DNA of 64,000 nucleotides from positions 24,675,504 through 24,739,503 of the forward strand of contig OZ037765.1 in the NCBI GenBank assembly GCA_964035545.1, read 5' to 3'. The translations under genes were made by a program, and so were the position numbers. The notes under the pieces are model-generated. The model did not search any database, was not told where the DNA came from, and was given only the letters and a program-made list of their open reading frames with translations. The DNA is from Bugula neritina. Lineage: Eukaryota; Animalia; Bryozoa. Below are positions 12,619-29,722 of this stretch, piece by piece; positions within the stretch are counted from its first letter, which is position 1; each line of letters begins with the position of its first letter.

Positions 12619-15600
12619 CTATACTCTTCGACGCTTCGATGCAACTGAAGGAGTTTCTGAGATTTGAGCAGAGGCTCTGGTTCTTTTAGACGGACGTTTA
12701 GGTGTATTGTCCTCAGAAAGCTGTTTAGTAGCAAGTTTTCCTTTATTTTTATTGACTGGCAACTCTGCTGAGGGCTGATCAAGTTCTAATGAATCTGCTA
12801 TGGACTGCTTATGGTCAGACTCTGAGTCTAAATCGGATATTGTCTCTGGGAATTCTTGCTCTGGTAAGCAAAAATCGGTGACCTCATTTGGAAAAGGTAT
12901 TGATTCAAACTCATCTAAAGCATCAACATCGTAGAGAGATTCCAGATATGACCATACATCCCGTATGGTGACCAACTTACTGAGAGAGTTCTTTAGCTGA
13001 TCCACAATCTTCACGATCGCAAAATGTTTATTTACACCTACTGGTTTATTATATCTGATAGCGTTTAAACATCGTAGGCATCCAGGTTATTTTGATAAAA
13101 TCAATTACTGTTAGTTGAAAGATCATACTTTTTTAGTTACATTCACAAAATATATAAAAAAAATCTCAACTCAATATACCAGAAAAAATGAATTAAAATA
13201 TATGTGTTAATAGCACTGATATTGACGTGACCGTGGCACATGAAAAATCTGAAAGAAGAGTTGTCTTCTTTTTTTCTATATTAATATATAGAGCTTGTCG
13301 TGAAAATAAAGATTTTAAAAAAAAATATTGTGACCCTCTGGTAACTTCCAGAATTTAGAAAATTGGCTCATATATTTCCTTTCATGTGGACAACAGCTCA
13401 CTTTTTTTTAAATTTATTTTGAAGCTCTTTTCGTAAAAAATATTTAAAAGTAAAAAATCCAAACTTTTTACAAATTGGTTCGGGCTTGATGTGAAAGGCA
13501 TTTAGACGAAGATGTCAAGGTCACCATTAATAAATTAATTTTATCACAATACTGCACGGAAAGTTAATGAAGTGAGCTGAAAATTAGGTTGCTAGCATAT
13601 TGATATACATTATATTGATTGTTGCAGTATTATTTTTTAAATTTGTTTTATCAGTTATGTTTAACTTCTTCATAGAGCTGCTGTTAGACTAAGAGTAAGA
13701 CATAATATTAGCAACAATGATAATAATATTAAATTCACGAAGAAGTATCACTATCACTATGTACTTACTCTATGAGTATGACTATGACTATCAGTATCAC
13801 TATGAGTGTCGTAATCGTATAAATTAATTATGAGTATGAGTATCACTATGACATTAACTCAATCAGTGATTGACTAATACTGTGAATATGACTATGCATA
13901 ACTCAATGAGAATATCAATATGAAGATGGCTTCTAATTCTTGTAACTTTTGACTATGACGATGCTGATAGTGATAGTGATAATCACTGCCAGCCCAAGTC
14001 TCATACTCATAGTGATACTATTACTATTGTTTATTAGTATTAATAATTAGTATTACTATTAGTACAACTACTAGTATTACTCATAGTTCTGTTAATGATA
14101 GTTTTAGAAGTTCTACTTCTACTTTTATAGTACGCTAGATTGTATATGTTGAACTCTACTCATTTTTTTACTACTAATGCTAATACTAATAGTAATAGTA
14201 ATAATGATTATAGTTGTAATAATGATAGTAATACTAATGGTAATAATAACTATTTAAATTTGATAATTTATGTTTTACAACAGCATTATCACTTATCAAT
14301 TACATTGGTTCATAATATGCTTATTTTAATTTTGCTTTGTGTGTTTTGTCATGTTATAAAATTAAGTTCGTATGGTCATTTAATGAACTAGAGAACTAGC
14401 CAAATGTTATGTAACAGTTGCAATAATTTACTATAAACTCAGTGAAATTTAAAACCTAATTGATATTACTATGACATTGATTGTACAGAGGTAGCTAAAA
14501 TATACATTAAATTACCAATAATTTTAACTCGCCAATACACTATGAGTAGAACAATCAAATGCAATGATAGAAAATTAATTAGTCACAGCAGCCCGTTGCT
14601 TGAAGAACATCGAGCTACAGGTCTAAAATTATGTAGTTTTGCGATCCATTACATAACAAAATAATTTTTTTCAAACTGGTTTAATACTTTTATTATGAAC
14701 ATGCTTATCAAAGTAACATGTTTGTAATGTATATTCTATTAAAAAGCAATCACATCAGGTTTTCAATTTGTATGTTGTACAATGTTTATTATGGTGACAA
14801 GTTACTAAATCATATGGTTCAGCTTTGTAAAGTAAAGCTGATAAAATAAATACAAGTATGTGATTGTTTTACTGCTATATATTAAATTTAAATAAGTTGA
14901 ATAATATCCTAGTGCAGTGAATTAGATATTTTTTAGCTTTGGTACACCTGTTTGTTATAGGCTAACATTCCACCAATAGAAGAATGGTGCAAGTAGAAGA
15001 AATTTCAGGCGCAGAAAGCTGGGGAGCAGTCAGAATGCTGCCAGAGTTGTGAAGAGGCACTTAAAAAATCTGAATTTCAATAATGACATGACATTCGTAA
15101 CATATCACCCTGGTGTATTTGAACTGACATGGCCAGCAGAGTTCTCGAAGTCACATTCAACAGCTATTTACATCATCATGGTTAGCTTAAATTTAATTCC
15201 TTTATCAGTCTCTAATATATAGTTTGATATCTGCTGTAAATTCGCTTAAGGAGCATACACATAACCAAAACTGAGTTACACTATAGTATTTGTTCTTGAA
15301 TATATTTACCAAGATAAGTAGATAATTTGCTAATTCATTAACAGTAAAATTATAATGATACAACAATTTTTCTTTTAGATGATTCAATCAATAACACAAG
15401 ACACTACAACATGGTTTTGCAGTTATAGAGTATTAATTTTCTGGCTCTTTCCAAATCTTCATAGAAGGCAAAGAAAACCACCGTCAGCTTGCCTTTATAA
15501 CTGAGTGCAAGCTTCTTCCACCTACAGATGATGATAAACAATTTGCTGATGTGGAACTTTCTAATTTTGTTTACAATGAAGATAGATTATAGGACATTAT

Positions 15601-18421
15601 TCTTTATGTAAAGATTGTCAAGTTTTGTTATAATTAAGAACAGTTTTAGTTTCAATAAATCAGTTCAACATTACGGACATCATTGCACAAACATTTTAAT
15701 CTTTACTACCTACAAAGGTATCTGATGGACTACTTGAAAATACAAAACTATACTCCAGATACACAATGAACTGACCAGCAAAGTTAAAATGAGTTGGAGA
15801 TGTAGAACATAATATTTTGTTCAAGGCTTTTCCCTGCTGTTGGAACCTTCTACTTCAGAACACTGAATTGAACAAACATATGTAGATATATAAAACTTTG
15901 CAAACAATAATAATGTGAAATTAGTTGCTAAGTATCACATTGCTAATAAATACAGCGTTGTGTAATGTTTTATTTAATTTTTTTTGAGCCATTTGATCTA
16001 TAGGCCCGCATAGTAATTACTATATTATAACTAATAAATGGCAGACACATTATGTCAGACCAGTCTCCATTTAAATAGAATAGTGTAGGCTATCAAATTT
16101 GTAGAAGTAAAAAACTTTCTTATTGAGTAAAATACTTACCTTTTTTTTCATGATGCCTCTACTGCTAAAAAGAGAAGTTTTTATCAATACAGCTCCATCA
16201 ATCTGTATCCCGATGAAGCTAGTAGTTTAGGAACATTTGTGGCGGGGAGTGTAGGCTGAGCTGCAGTATAGGAAGAACCCCAACATATGTAATCTATTCA
16301 GCACATTATATGTATTGTAGAAATTTATTCAAAAAAGAATTTAGAAAATGCTTTATGAAGCATGAACAAAGTAAAAATTAATGCTGGTGAAAGTAATATT
16401 ATTACACCCATTAGAGTTACTAGCAGCTATAGCATTAAAATTTGTATTTTTATAAAATGTGTCTAATTTATGCTACAAAGTTATTACTGCCAAAGGTTAC
16501 AAAATTTACCAGTCGCATTCATGCAGCTGATGGAGAATAACTAACCTTCACATGCAATAAATACAATTAGTAGCTCAATCTAAAACTAATGTTATGAGTA
16601 TAAGTTATAGTTATTCTAAGGAATAATTGCAAAAAAAGTTACTTGGAGGAATTTAACTCTTATTATAATGTAATTATCTTCCAAGATATATTACAACATC
16701 ACTACTTGGATGCATACAATGTCATATTTATATTGGCATCAACATAATTTTCAATAATTTCCAATCTATTAACTTGAGCATTATGATTGTGATTATTTTT
16801 TAAATAAGGCGATGATTAGGCACTGTTGGTATTTTGGTTCAATTTATTTATAACTGTAACAGGCAGAGTTGTAAATATAATGGATATATCAAAATTCCAA
16901 TGGGTATAGTACTCTAACACAACATTGATACTAATAATTGTAGTCACTTACTCTTAGAGTTAGTGAATGATGATACAGTCATAACAATTTGAATATCAAT
17001 CAGCATTAGAGATAGACTGACTGCTTTATAATATTATAGTTATTATGTCAAATTGAATTTATTCACTATAACTAAAAAAATTATGATTATAATTATAAAT
17101 TAAAATAATTTAAATATTATATAATATATTGATAATTATTGGAATCATAATTATATTTATTGTTATGATCATTATGATTATAATTATTTAATATTATCTT
17201 TATGTTTGTATTTAAAGTTGTTCCTTAAATCTAAAGTTGTTTAAGTTTTATAAATTTATTATAATTATATTACTGTATAAGTATTGCTATTAGTATTAGT
17301 ATAATTAAATTATTATAATTTATATTTTATTATTTATATTTATTTTACTTTTTATTTTAAGACCAACAGTTCAAATTAATACTTGTGTCGTTTGCTTTAT
17401 ATTATAACTTACAAGTATAACTATTAACATAATAATATTAGATTTGCTATTAGTATTACTATGAATATAAATATTTATGTTAATATAGCTATCGGTATAA
17501 CTTATACTTATAGTTATAACTAATATTACAAGTATTACTGTTAGTATTACTGTATTAGTTTCGAAACTGATCCTGCTCCGTAACATTTACATACTGATAC
17601 TGTCATATGATTATCATTATGACTAATAAGTAATAATGGTATTAATAAATATAACCATTGAATATTATTAATAATAGTTCACCAATACTAATAGGCGATA
17701 GTCATAGACTTAGAGTGAGAGTCATAGACATAGACTAGTGATACTCATACTGATAGTCATAGTGATAGTCATAGTGATACTCATACTGTGATTCACTGAT
17801 TCAATTACAAATTTTAAAACTTGGTTTCACGTAAACAACTACTAACCTATACTTCATCACAAAACGGTTGAAAATCATCATTTACTGCATATTTAAGAGT
17901 AATTTTCTGGTAGTGTGGTCGACATGATAATTGAAATTAAAATAGGAAAAATAATTATTTTGTGATTTACAGCAAGTTACAAACTAGCGAAATGGAATAG
18001 TCTATTTGAAAACAGTCAAATTAGTTACCTTTCTTGATGTTGCGTAGCTAACGTTAGTTATTAGTAGCCGCCCGAAGAGTAACATTCATGTGATTTGAGC
18101 TACGAATAACGAGAATCTGTGACAAACCCGCTTCTTAATAACTTTACGCGAAATAAACTCACGCTACAATAGGGCTATTTTGCCATCCCCACGTCAGAAT
18201 AGGACACGGAGGGCAAGCTCGCGGGCAAGTCTGGGCAAGTCTAAGACACCTAATATGACCACTTTTACTTGCATTTTTGTAGTGTTTTCGTATAAGAAAT
18301 TGGATAAAATGCTGATAAAACAGTTGAAAAGCATGCAAACTTTTGCTCAAATGTAATAAATAACCTGGATGCTTACGGCCTTTAATAATTTGGTTTCATC
18401 TTGTATACTCCACTCGGCCAT
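12619..18421 (-). CDS. MRGBP: MRG/MORF4L-binding protein (Eaf7 family, NuA4/TIP60 subunit), interrupted by a transposon
   Basis: 5' part 18421-18382 (MAEWSIQDETKLL) plus 3' part 13064-12619 (NAIRYNKPVGVNKHFAIVKI...VWSYLESLYDVDALDEFESIPFPN...KRRRV*) join in frame across one TTAA to give 161 aa. W-S-x-x-x-E-x-x-L, KPVGVNKHF and W-x-x-L-x-x-L-YD-x-x-AL are Eaf7/MRGBP hallmarks. A 5'UTR acceptor lies at ~18448. Confidence 0.88.
13735..14250. repeat. Period-3/6 low-complexity tract (ACTATG/AGTATG/ACTATC/AATAGT-type)
   Basis: For example ACTATCACTATG...ATGAGTATGACTATGACTATCAGTATCACTATGAGT. Similar tracts occur at 16950-17800, 18750-19250, 23600-24450 and 24960-25620. Confidence 0.8.
14961..15592 (+). 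pseudogene. KolX / P2X7 C-terminal ballast-like Cys-rich protein remnant inside the transposon
   Basis: Two exon-like blocks (~14961-15180 and 15379-15592) translate, through stops and frameshifts, as EEWCK*KKFQ...SECCQSCEE...YHPG...VLEVTFNSYLHHH / WFCSYRVLIFWLFPNLHRRQRKPPSACLYN*VQ..PP. This matches the family pattern WC-x-C-x-x-C...CC...HPG...YR-x-x-x-x-W...R-x-x-x-P-x-C...FP. Confidence 0.75.
18211..18242. promoter_or_regulatory. p53-family consensus response element (three RRRCWWGYYY half-sites) in the transposon subterminal region
   Basis: GGGCAAGCTC (18211-18220), a 2-bp gap, then GGGCAAGTCT GGGCAAGTCT (18223-18242) with no spacer. Confidence 0.55.
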
Positions 18422-20339
18422 ATTCAAAGAGCCGCGTTGCTGCCAACCTAAAAATACACATTAGCAACTGTAACAAGTACATATAGACATATATACAATG
18501 CTGGAAAATATTAATAATGAAATTTTTTTGATGAATTATCAAGTATTAAGGATAAAGCAAGTTAAGAGTCACAAATCAAAAAATTAGGTATGTAAAAAAA
18601 ACGAACAATTCATTAAGCAAATAAAAAAGTCCCAAGAAAGAAGATAATCATAAGAAAACTAAAATGAAGGCAATGGAACAAATAGGCAGATATGAATTTG
18701 ACACAACTGCTAAAACTAGAAGTACTCAAGATTAAAAACCTTGGAGACTAATACTAATACTAATAGTAATAGTAATACTAATACGACTAGTAATAGTATT
18801 AGTAGCAGCATCAATATCACATCAATAAACATAATTAAACATCAATATGACTTATACTTATAGTTATACTTATTCACTCATTACTTATGAGTTATGACTT
18901 AATCTTATAGTTATTACTTATACTTACTAAAAATTAAAACAAACTACACAATATTAAATTCAATATACACATTATCATTATGATTACTAGAGAGTAGAGT
19001 TGTGTTCTTAACTAGCATGTCAAGGTTTTACTAGCATAGTAAACAAACTTCCAACAATATTATTTGGTGTAATTCTCAATTTGATTGTTCAATCATAATC
19101 ATAATCATAATGAATATGATAATCATAATATAAGTATAACTAATAAACTATAACTATAACTATAACTATAAGTATAAGTATAAGTATTAGTATAACTATA
19201 ACTATAAGTATAGGTATTAAAGTAATAACATTAACTACAACTACAAGAATTAAATTATTTAAAGCTCACAAACGCTTCTAATTTCGTATAATGAAAATTA
19301 CTCTTAAAATTATAGAATCCTGAATTAAAGTGAAGTAATAAGTATTTATGTTTTTAATTAAGTTTACCATTCAATTGCTCCTAAATTGATATGATTTAGA
19401 AAAAAAGAAATAACTTTGTTGGAAACGTTAAGCTAATTAGGCGCTACTGAAAGTCGTAAGAAAAGACAACTCGAAATAAGAAAATGAGAATAACATTTTA
19501 GTGGCCAAACACAACTGTTTTGCCACCAATGTATATTGTTCAACGCATTGAACTATAACACTTCTAGTTTCATTTCAGTGGTTCAAAGCAACACAAAACA
19601 ACGTAAACTTGCAACCATCATTAGATGGCTATGAAAAATCCAAAAAGGTTCACTAAACTTGGTTATGTCTTTCACCTAAATACCAACATTTTATGGATGT
19701 TGTCGATTATTGCCAAATGAAGGTAATTAATTAGTTTAACGCTTCATTAAATTATAGCTCTTGTATAACGTAGGATAAATGTAGAATTGTCTTCATTAAT
19801 TTGAGATATTAGTATGCCTTTATATTTACTTACACAACTAGTTGCAAGTGATACTACACAATTAAATAAACCAGTCAATAAAAAATTTCATGCTAGTATA
19901 TGTAAACTTGTACAGCCTATAGCCCTATACTGTGTCAAAAGACAATTAAAGTAACTAGTATTGCATTAAAGTACTTGCAAACATACTATTTAAACCAAAA
20001 TGTAAAACAGAAACAACAGGCAAAATATTACTTAGATGATTAGCGGTGGCTTGTGAGTAGCTTTCACAATTCAGATGATGCGTATGATTACTTGTATGAA
20101 CCTAACATGAATAAAAATTTACAGTGAATACAAAAGTTGCATCATAATTTGTTTCCAGTGTCCTATAAAAGTTTTCAATCTTGTAGAAGACAATATTGTT
20201 CCTCACCATGGCAGGATCCAGAGTATTTATTTTTATTAAATAATTACAATATATTGATCCAAAAAAGTGCAGCAAATGCTTTGCCCACAACTTTTTTTCA
20301 TGGTAGTATCTAGCCAAATAGGCAACAATTTTAGTTTCA

Positions 20340-23300
20340 CTAATATCTAGGACAACTATAGTCTACAAGTTTAGCCCATGAGTCCAGTCCACCAATGACA
20401 TCAACAATGCTCACAGGTGTGTCTGCCAAAACATCTTTGATATACTTGACTGCAAGTTGAGAATCATTTCCATGATGACAGATACAAACAATAGTGTCTG
20501 CATTCGATTGAAGAGACGTGATTCCACTATTATCTCCACCATCTATGCTATAAGCGTTTTGGCTAATTTTAGCTAAGAGTTCATCTTTAGTAATTTTTTC
20601 AAGAGAGTTCAGTGGAATATCTAAAAAAAAAAGGAAATCAATAAAACTGAAACTTGTCAGTATATTTCATAAGAATATATAATATACTCATGTCATATGT
20701 GTAGAGTGTATGTAGAGATGGTAAAAACAATCCCACTTGAATTGCGTTATTAGTCTTAGGACACTTCACCATGTAACCTTAATCTACATAAAGTGCATGT
20801 GTCTGTAAAATAAATTTTGAATACAGTTGCATAGTTGTTGTTAAGTTAGTTTGCATACATACTAATAGAGTGTGAAATCTTGCAGATGTCAAACTCGTGG
20901 CATGGTCTGACATCCAGTAGCAAGTGTCTTTTACTTTTATCTCGATAGTGATTTTTAAAGTATGTAGGTGATATTCTAGACATTCCAATACCCTGAAAAA
21001 CAATAAGGTTTAGAAGGCTTAGTTTATAGACACACATGTATCCAAACTGTAATTATGGTCATGACAAGGCTGAAATAAGTGAAACATAATTCAAAGTTAT
21101 TAAGACCCAACTTATTAAAGAATTTTCTTGGAAATTTATTAGTTTCAATGCCCAAAATGGGAATAACCAACTAGTTCGAATAAATACACATTGGGCCATG
21201 GATTCTTACAGAAAAATAGGAACTCTGCCAAAAGAAGGAAGCAATTTTACTAACATAAACGCATGACTTACTTTGTCAAATGACAGCTTATCATCTGCAG
21301 AGTTTACACCACAAAACTCCAAGTAATCCACCAACTCTGTTACACTAGGAGTGTCACCACAAACCACACACGAAGGCTGGCGGGGCCGAAGTTTAACCAC
21401 CCTCGTTGTAAATGACAAGCCATCATATAAAAACAGTCTGCCAGCTAAAGAACCTATAGTAAAGATAAGGTAACAATAGCTGTACCATAAAAATGTTCAT
21501 ATTTCAACCGAAATAAATTGAAGACAGATATAATCACTAAAGAAGCTAGTTTGTTAAGCAATGTACCAATGGTGTAAGTATCGAATGAGACTTTAGAGTT
21601 ACCCTTCCGTGACATTTAATCGCACTGCTAATGTGGGCAGGTTGACTCACTGACATGCCTGTTCGCTGGCTGATTGAAGTAAGGCTGTTCAATGGTGAAA
21701 GTATATTTAGAATACATAAGTTACAAGCATTTAAAATAACTTTGCTGCTTTCTATAAATAAAATTAAATTAAAGTATTTTTCGTTTAACTTTGCCATATT
21801 TAACAAGAGGTCAAAAACACTGCATGGATAATTTAAGTCTGAGAAATCAAATCAAACAGAAACTCAATCTGGATCAATTTAATATAAAATTTCAACGCGC
21901 GACTGAAGATCAAGAGAGGATAACTCTAATAAATATTATGATATAAATTTAGTCTTAGCATATCAGCTTATTGGTACTTTGGGCTCAATAGCATTTTAGA
22001 AAATTGAATACACCAACACCAAGTGCCTGTAAACTAGCATTTGATTACACACTTTAACGAAAAGTTATCTTTAACAAATTTATTTTGGGTTCGTAAATGA
22101 GCCTCTGTAGCTCAAATAGAATTTTAGTCAAAAATTGTGAGAACATAATTTTTAATTTAAAAGATAAGAATCTCTCAAAATCCTCACAAAGTGAAAATAT
22201 TTAGTTCTTTATAAATCCATTTGACTAAAACTGCATAAATTTAGCACACCTTGCATGCCACTAAGCACTTTTATTGCTTCTTGGGCTTGCATAGTGCCTA
22301 TAATGCCAGGTATGACGCCCAGAACTCCACTCTCAGAGCACGAGGACACAGTGTTGGCAGCGGGTGGTACAGGATACAAGCATCTGTAGCAGGGACCTCC
22401 TTCATGGTTATACACAGTTAACTGACCCTCAAACTTCAACGCCGCACCTGATATTAAAGGCTATAATGAATGGGCAAAGTTTAAATACATATATAGATAT
22501 GCACACATGCTCAAATACAAGTACATTTGTTTTCATACTTACGGAAAGGAAAAATACTCATACATAAGCAAAGGAATTCACAAAATTATAAACAAGTGTT
22601 TAAATTTTCCAACAAGCTGTAAGTATTAGCATATAAAAGCGAGAACAACATATTATATTCACAGTAAAGTAACATTCTATAGCACAAAAATGAAAACTTG
22701 TTAAAATACAAGACATTTTTAAATATTTACTTTTGCTTAGGTTAAATAATAGTTAGAGCAAATAGGTCGTAAAATCTTTACCCACCTTTTTCAATATGAC
22801 ACATGCATCATTAAGGAGATACCTCGTTGCCACGTTATCTGTACAGTCTAACACAGCATCGTACTGCGATATGATACTAAGAGCATTTGTACTGTTAATA
22901 GCTACATGATGCTCTTGATATGTCGGTAGGGAGTTTACACCAGAACAAGCTGCTGACGCAGATTTGCATTTAGGCACACCTGTTCCAGATTCTTTATGCA
23001 GAATCTGTCTGTGTAAGTTACTAACTTCAACCACGTCATGGTCCAGCAAACCTAAACAATTACAAACTGAAAGCAAACAAACTAATACTGACTCATAGTT
23101 GTAGCAGCCACATGTTTTTGAGTTGAAGCTTATAAGCAGACTCATCACCAGAACTACCATAAGACTTGCTGGTAAACCAGAACATAGTTTTCACAGGGAA
23201 ATGTTTGCTATGAAAGATATTTTATACTTCAATCCTACTTTGAACAAACTGAGTGTTAGAGTGAGAATATTTTAAAAAAACCCATATCGAACCAATAACT

Positions 23301-23558
23301 ACAAATTAAAAAGTGTTTAAGCAAATTCACTCCTTATCTAATTGCTTCACTACTCACTGAACTACGTCACTACTCACCAAGAGTTCCTATTCCTGCAGCA
23401 GACAAGTACACAGCAGCTGGACACCCCAAGCCGCCACACCCGACAATCAGAGCTTTACTTGATTTGAGTTGTTGCTGGCATCTAACTCCAAATTCTGAGA
23501 GTATAAGTTGCCTACCATATCGTCCAACCTCATCATTAGTAAGATTGTGAACAGACAT
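20340..23558 (-). CDS. MOCS3: Adenylyltransferase and sulfurtransferase MOCS3/Uba4 (ThiF/MoeB + rhodanese), 6 coding exons
   Basis: Exons 23558-23378, 23051-22786, 22460-22250, 21453-21272, 20992-20863, 20620-20340. Motifs [77 protein letters not shown]. An upstream exon is possible because an acceptor lies just before the ATG. Confidence 0.95.
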
Positions 23559-23599
23559 TACTGAAAACGTAATCAGTTTGAGTTTATTATAATGAACAT

Positions 23600-24450
23600 A
23601 ATTCCAAACTAAAATTATAAAAATTATCATTATTATAATAATAATTATAATCATAATCGTGATTAATGATTAAATTATTGACAACCAATAATTAATATAT
23701 TAATATGGATATGCAGCTATTTACTGTACTATTTTACTTTTAGTCTAAGTTAAGATCATAATGATAATGATAACCCAAACATTATATTTGACAACACTTA
23801 CACTGGCATTACTATTGTCTATTAGTATTACTGAGTAGTAAAGTAGAACTAAAGTCAGTTGATTGCTTGATATTAACACCTGATAAACTTCAACTTAGAG
23901 CTAATAATATTAGTTTTAGATTTAGTTTTTCTATTATTATTAGGCATTGCCATTACTATTAGGCTTAGCCAATTTTCATTGATTATCAAAGTTAATCAGT
24001 TAATGTAATACTTAAACTTTAAAGTTACCTAATACAAATAGTTATACTCAGTCTCACTGACTGTCACTGTATTACTATTAGTATACTCATACAGCCATAG
24101 TCATAGAATGGTTATGCCTATGGTAATTACTAAATCTAATGACCAAGTCTAATGACTATGACTAGGAGTATGAGTAATGAACTACTCTGAGTCTGAGACA
24201 AAGTTTCACAGTAAGGGTAACACTAACTTTGAGAATTATTGTCAGTTTAAAGTGAAATCTATCACCTGAGCCGTCACCTGTCTAATGACTATGACTATGA
24301 GTAATAACTATAAGTATAAGTATAAATAATCATAATATTAATGGACAGTCAGTGTCACAATGACTATGAGTTCTCACTTTCAGTATTACTATCACTATCA
24401 GTATGACGATCACAACGGGCAATGGCTCTGTAACTGTAAGCTAAGACTCA
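23600..24450. repeat. Period-3/6 low-complexity tract upstream of the MOCS3 ATG exon
   Basis: For example AATGACTATGACTATGAGTAATAACTATAAGTATAAGTATA and AGTATTACTATCACTATCAGTATGACG. Confidence 0.75.
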
Positions 24451-24599
24451 GACTGTTTCAGCACCAGAAAAAGCTGAAGCATCTAGGCCTCTAGATTTAA
24501 ACTTCAGCGTGAGTGTCTACTTCGAGGTCTCTGTAAAATAATAACTATCTGGTTTAGACTTTGACTTTAACGAGGAGTTAAAGCCTAAAGACTAGAGTT

Positions 24600-24824
24600 A
24601 TCTGAAAAAGAGTAAATATTACTCCGGAGTTATCTAGCTAGCAAACCATGAGTATTCAGTGAAAATATCGGCATAGCGGGACACCAATCGAGCAAAAATT
24701 GGATTGCATTTTAGCTCACAACAGCTGCAGCGTGTGTATTTCCGTAAAGTTGACACACATCTCGGCCTTTGCACAACCACCGACTGCACAGTCTTCGAAT
24801 TTTTGCAGAGTTACAGTTTCAGCG
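24600..24824. promoter_or_regulatory. Probable bidirectional promoter between MOCS3 and ADH5
   Basis: Divergent genes with ATGs ~1.27 kb apart. Locally GC/CpG-richer patch with opposed CCAAT (24684-24688) and ATTGG (24698-24702) boxes. Confidence 0.5.
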
Positions 24825-29372
<4,548 letters not shown>

Positions 29373-29722
29373 TGGACTCATGGTGAAGTCTAATGTAATT
29401 TGCTGGGTTGGACCAAAAAGTTGAGTGACTACTTTTGACATTTGCAATCGGCTGTTTTTTTGCTTTTAAATCATAGTTTTGTAATTTCTTCTCTGTATTT
29501 CTTTATTGATAATACATTGACATTTTTATGTAATTTTCTGCTTTTCATAATGAAAATACGTTGAATACATCAATAAAAATTTTTCTGCTAACCAATATTT
29601 CTACCAAAACACTATGCACCTTGCATTTTCACAAGATTTGTCAAAGAAACGACATACAATTAAAAGACACAATGAATATAAGTGAATAATTAGTGCACTT
29701 AGTAAATTCAGTTAAAACACTT

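Larger units (their letters stand above)
13069..18381. mobile_element. Kolobok-like DNA transposon, non-autonomous/decayed, 5313 bp
   Basis: TTAA at 13065-13068 and 18382-18385. TIRs ACATCGTAGGCATCCAGGTTATTT versus reverse complement AGGCCGTAAGCATCCAGGTTATTT (20/24 identical). Internal KolX-like pseudogene. The empty site restores the host ORF. Confidence 0.85.

Noticed and set aside
13040-18380. Ordinary GT-AG intron in MRGBP (GCC|GTAAGC ... TATCAG|)
   Set aside because: It gives GCC ATA TAA, an immediate stop. The TIR/TSD structure explains the interval better.
13065-18385. piggyBac assignment from the TTAA TSD
   Set aside because: Termini are AGG/ACA rather than CCY, and the cargo is KolX-like.
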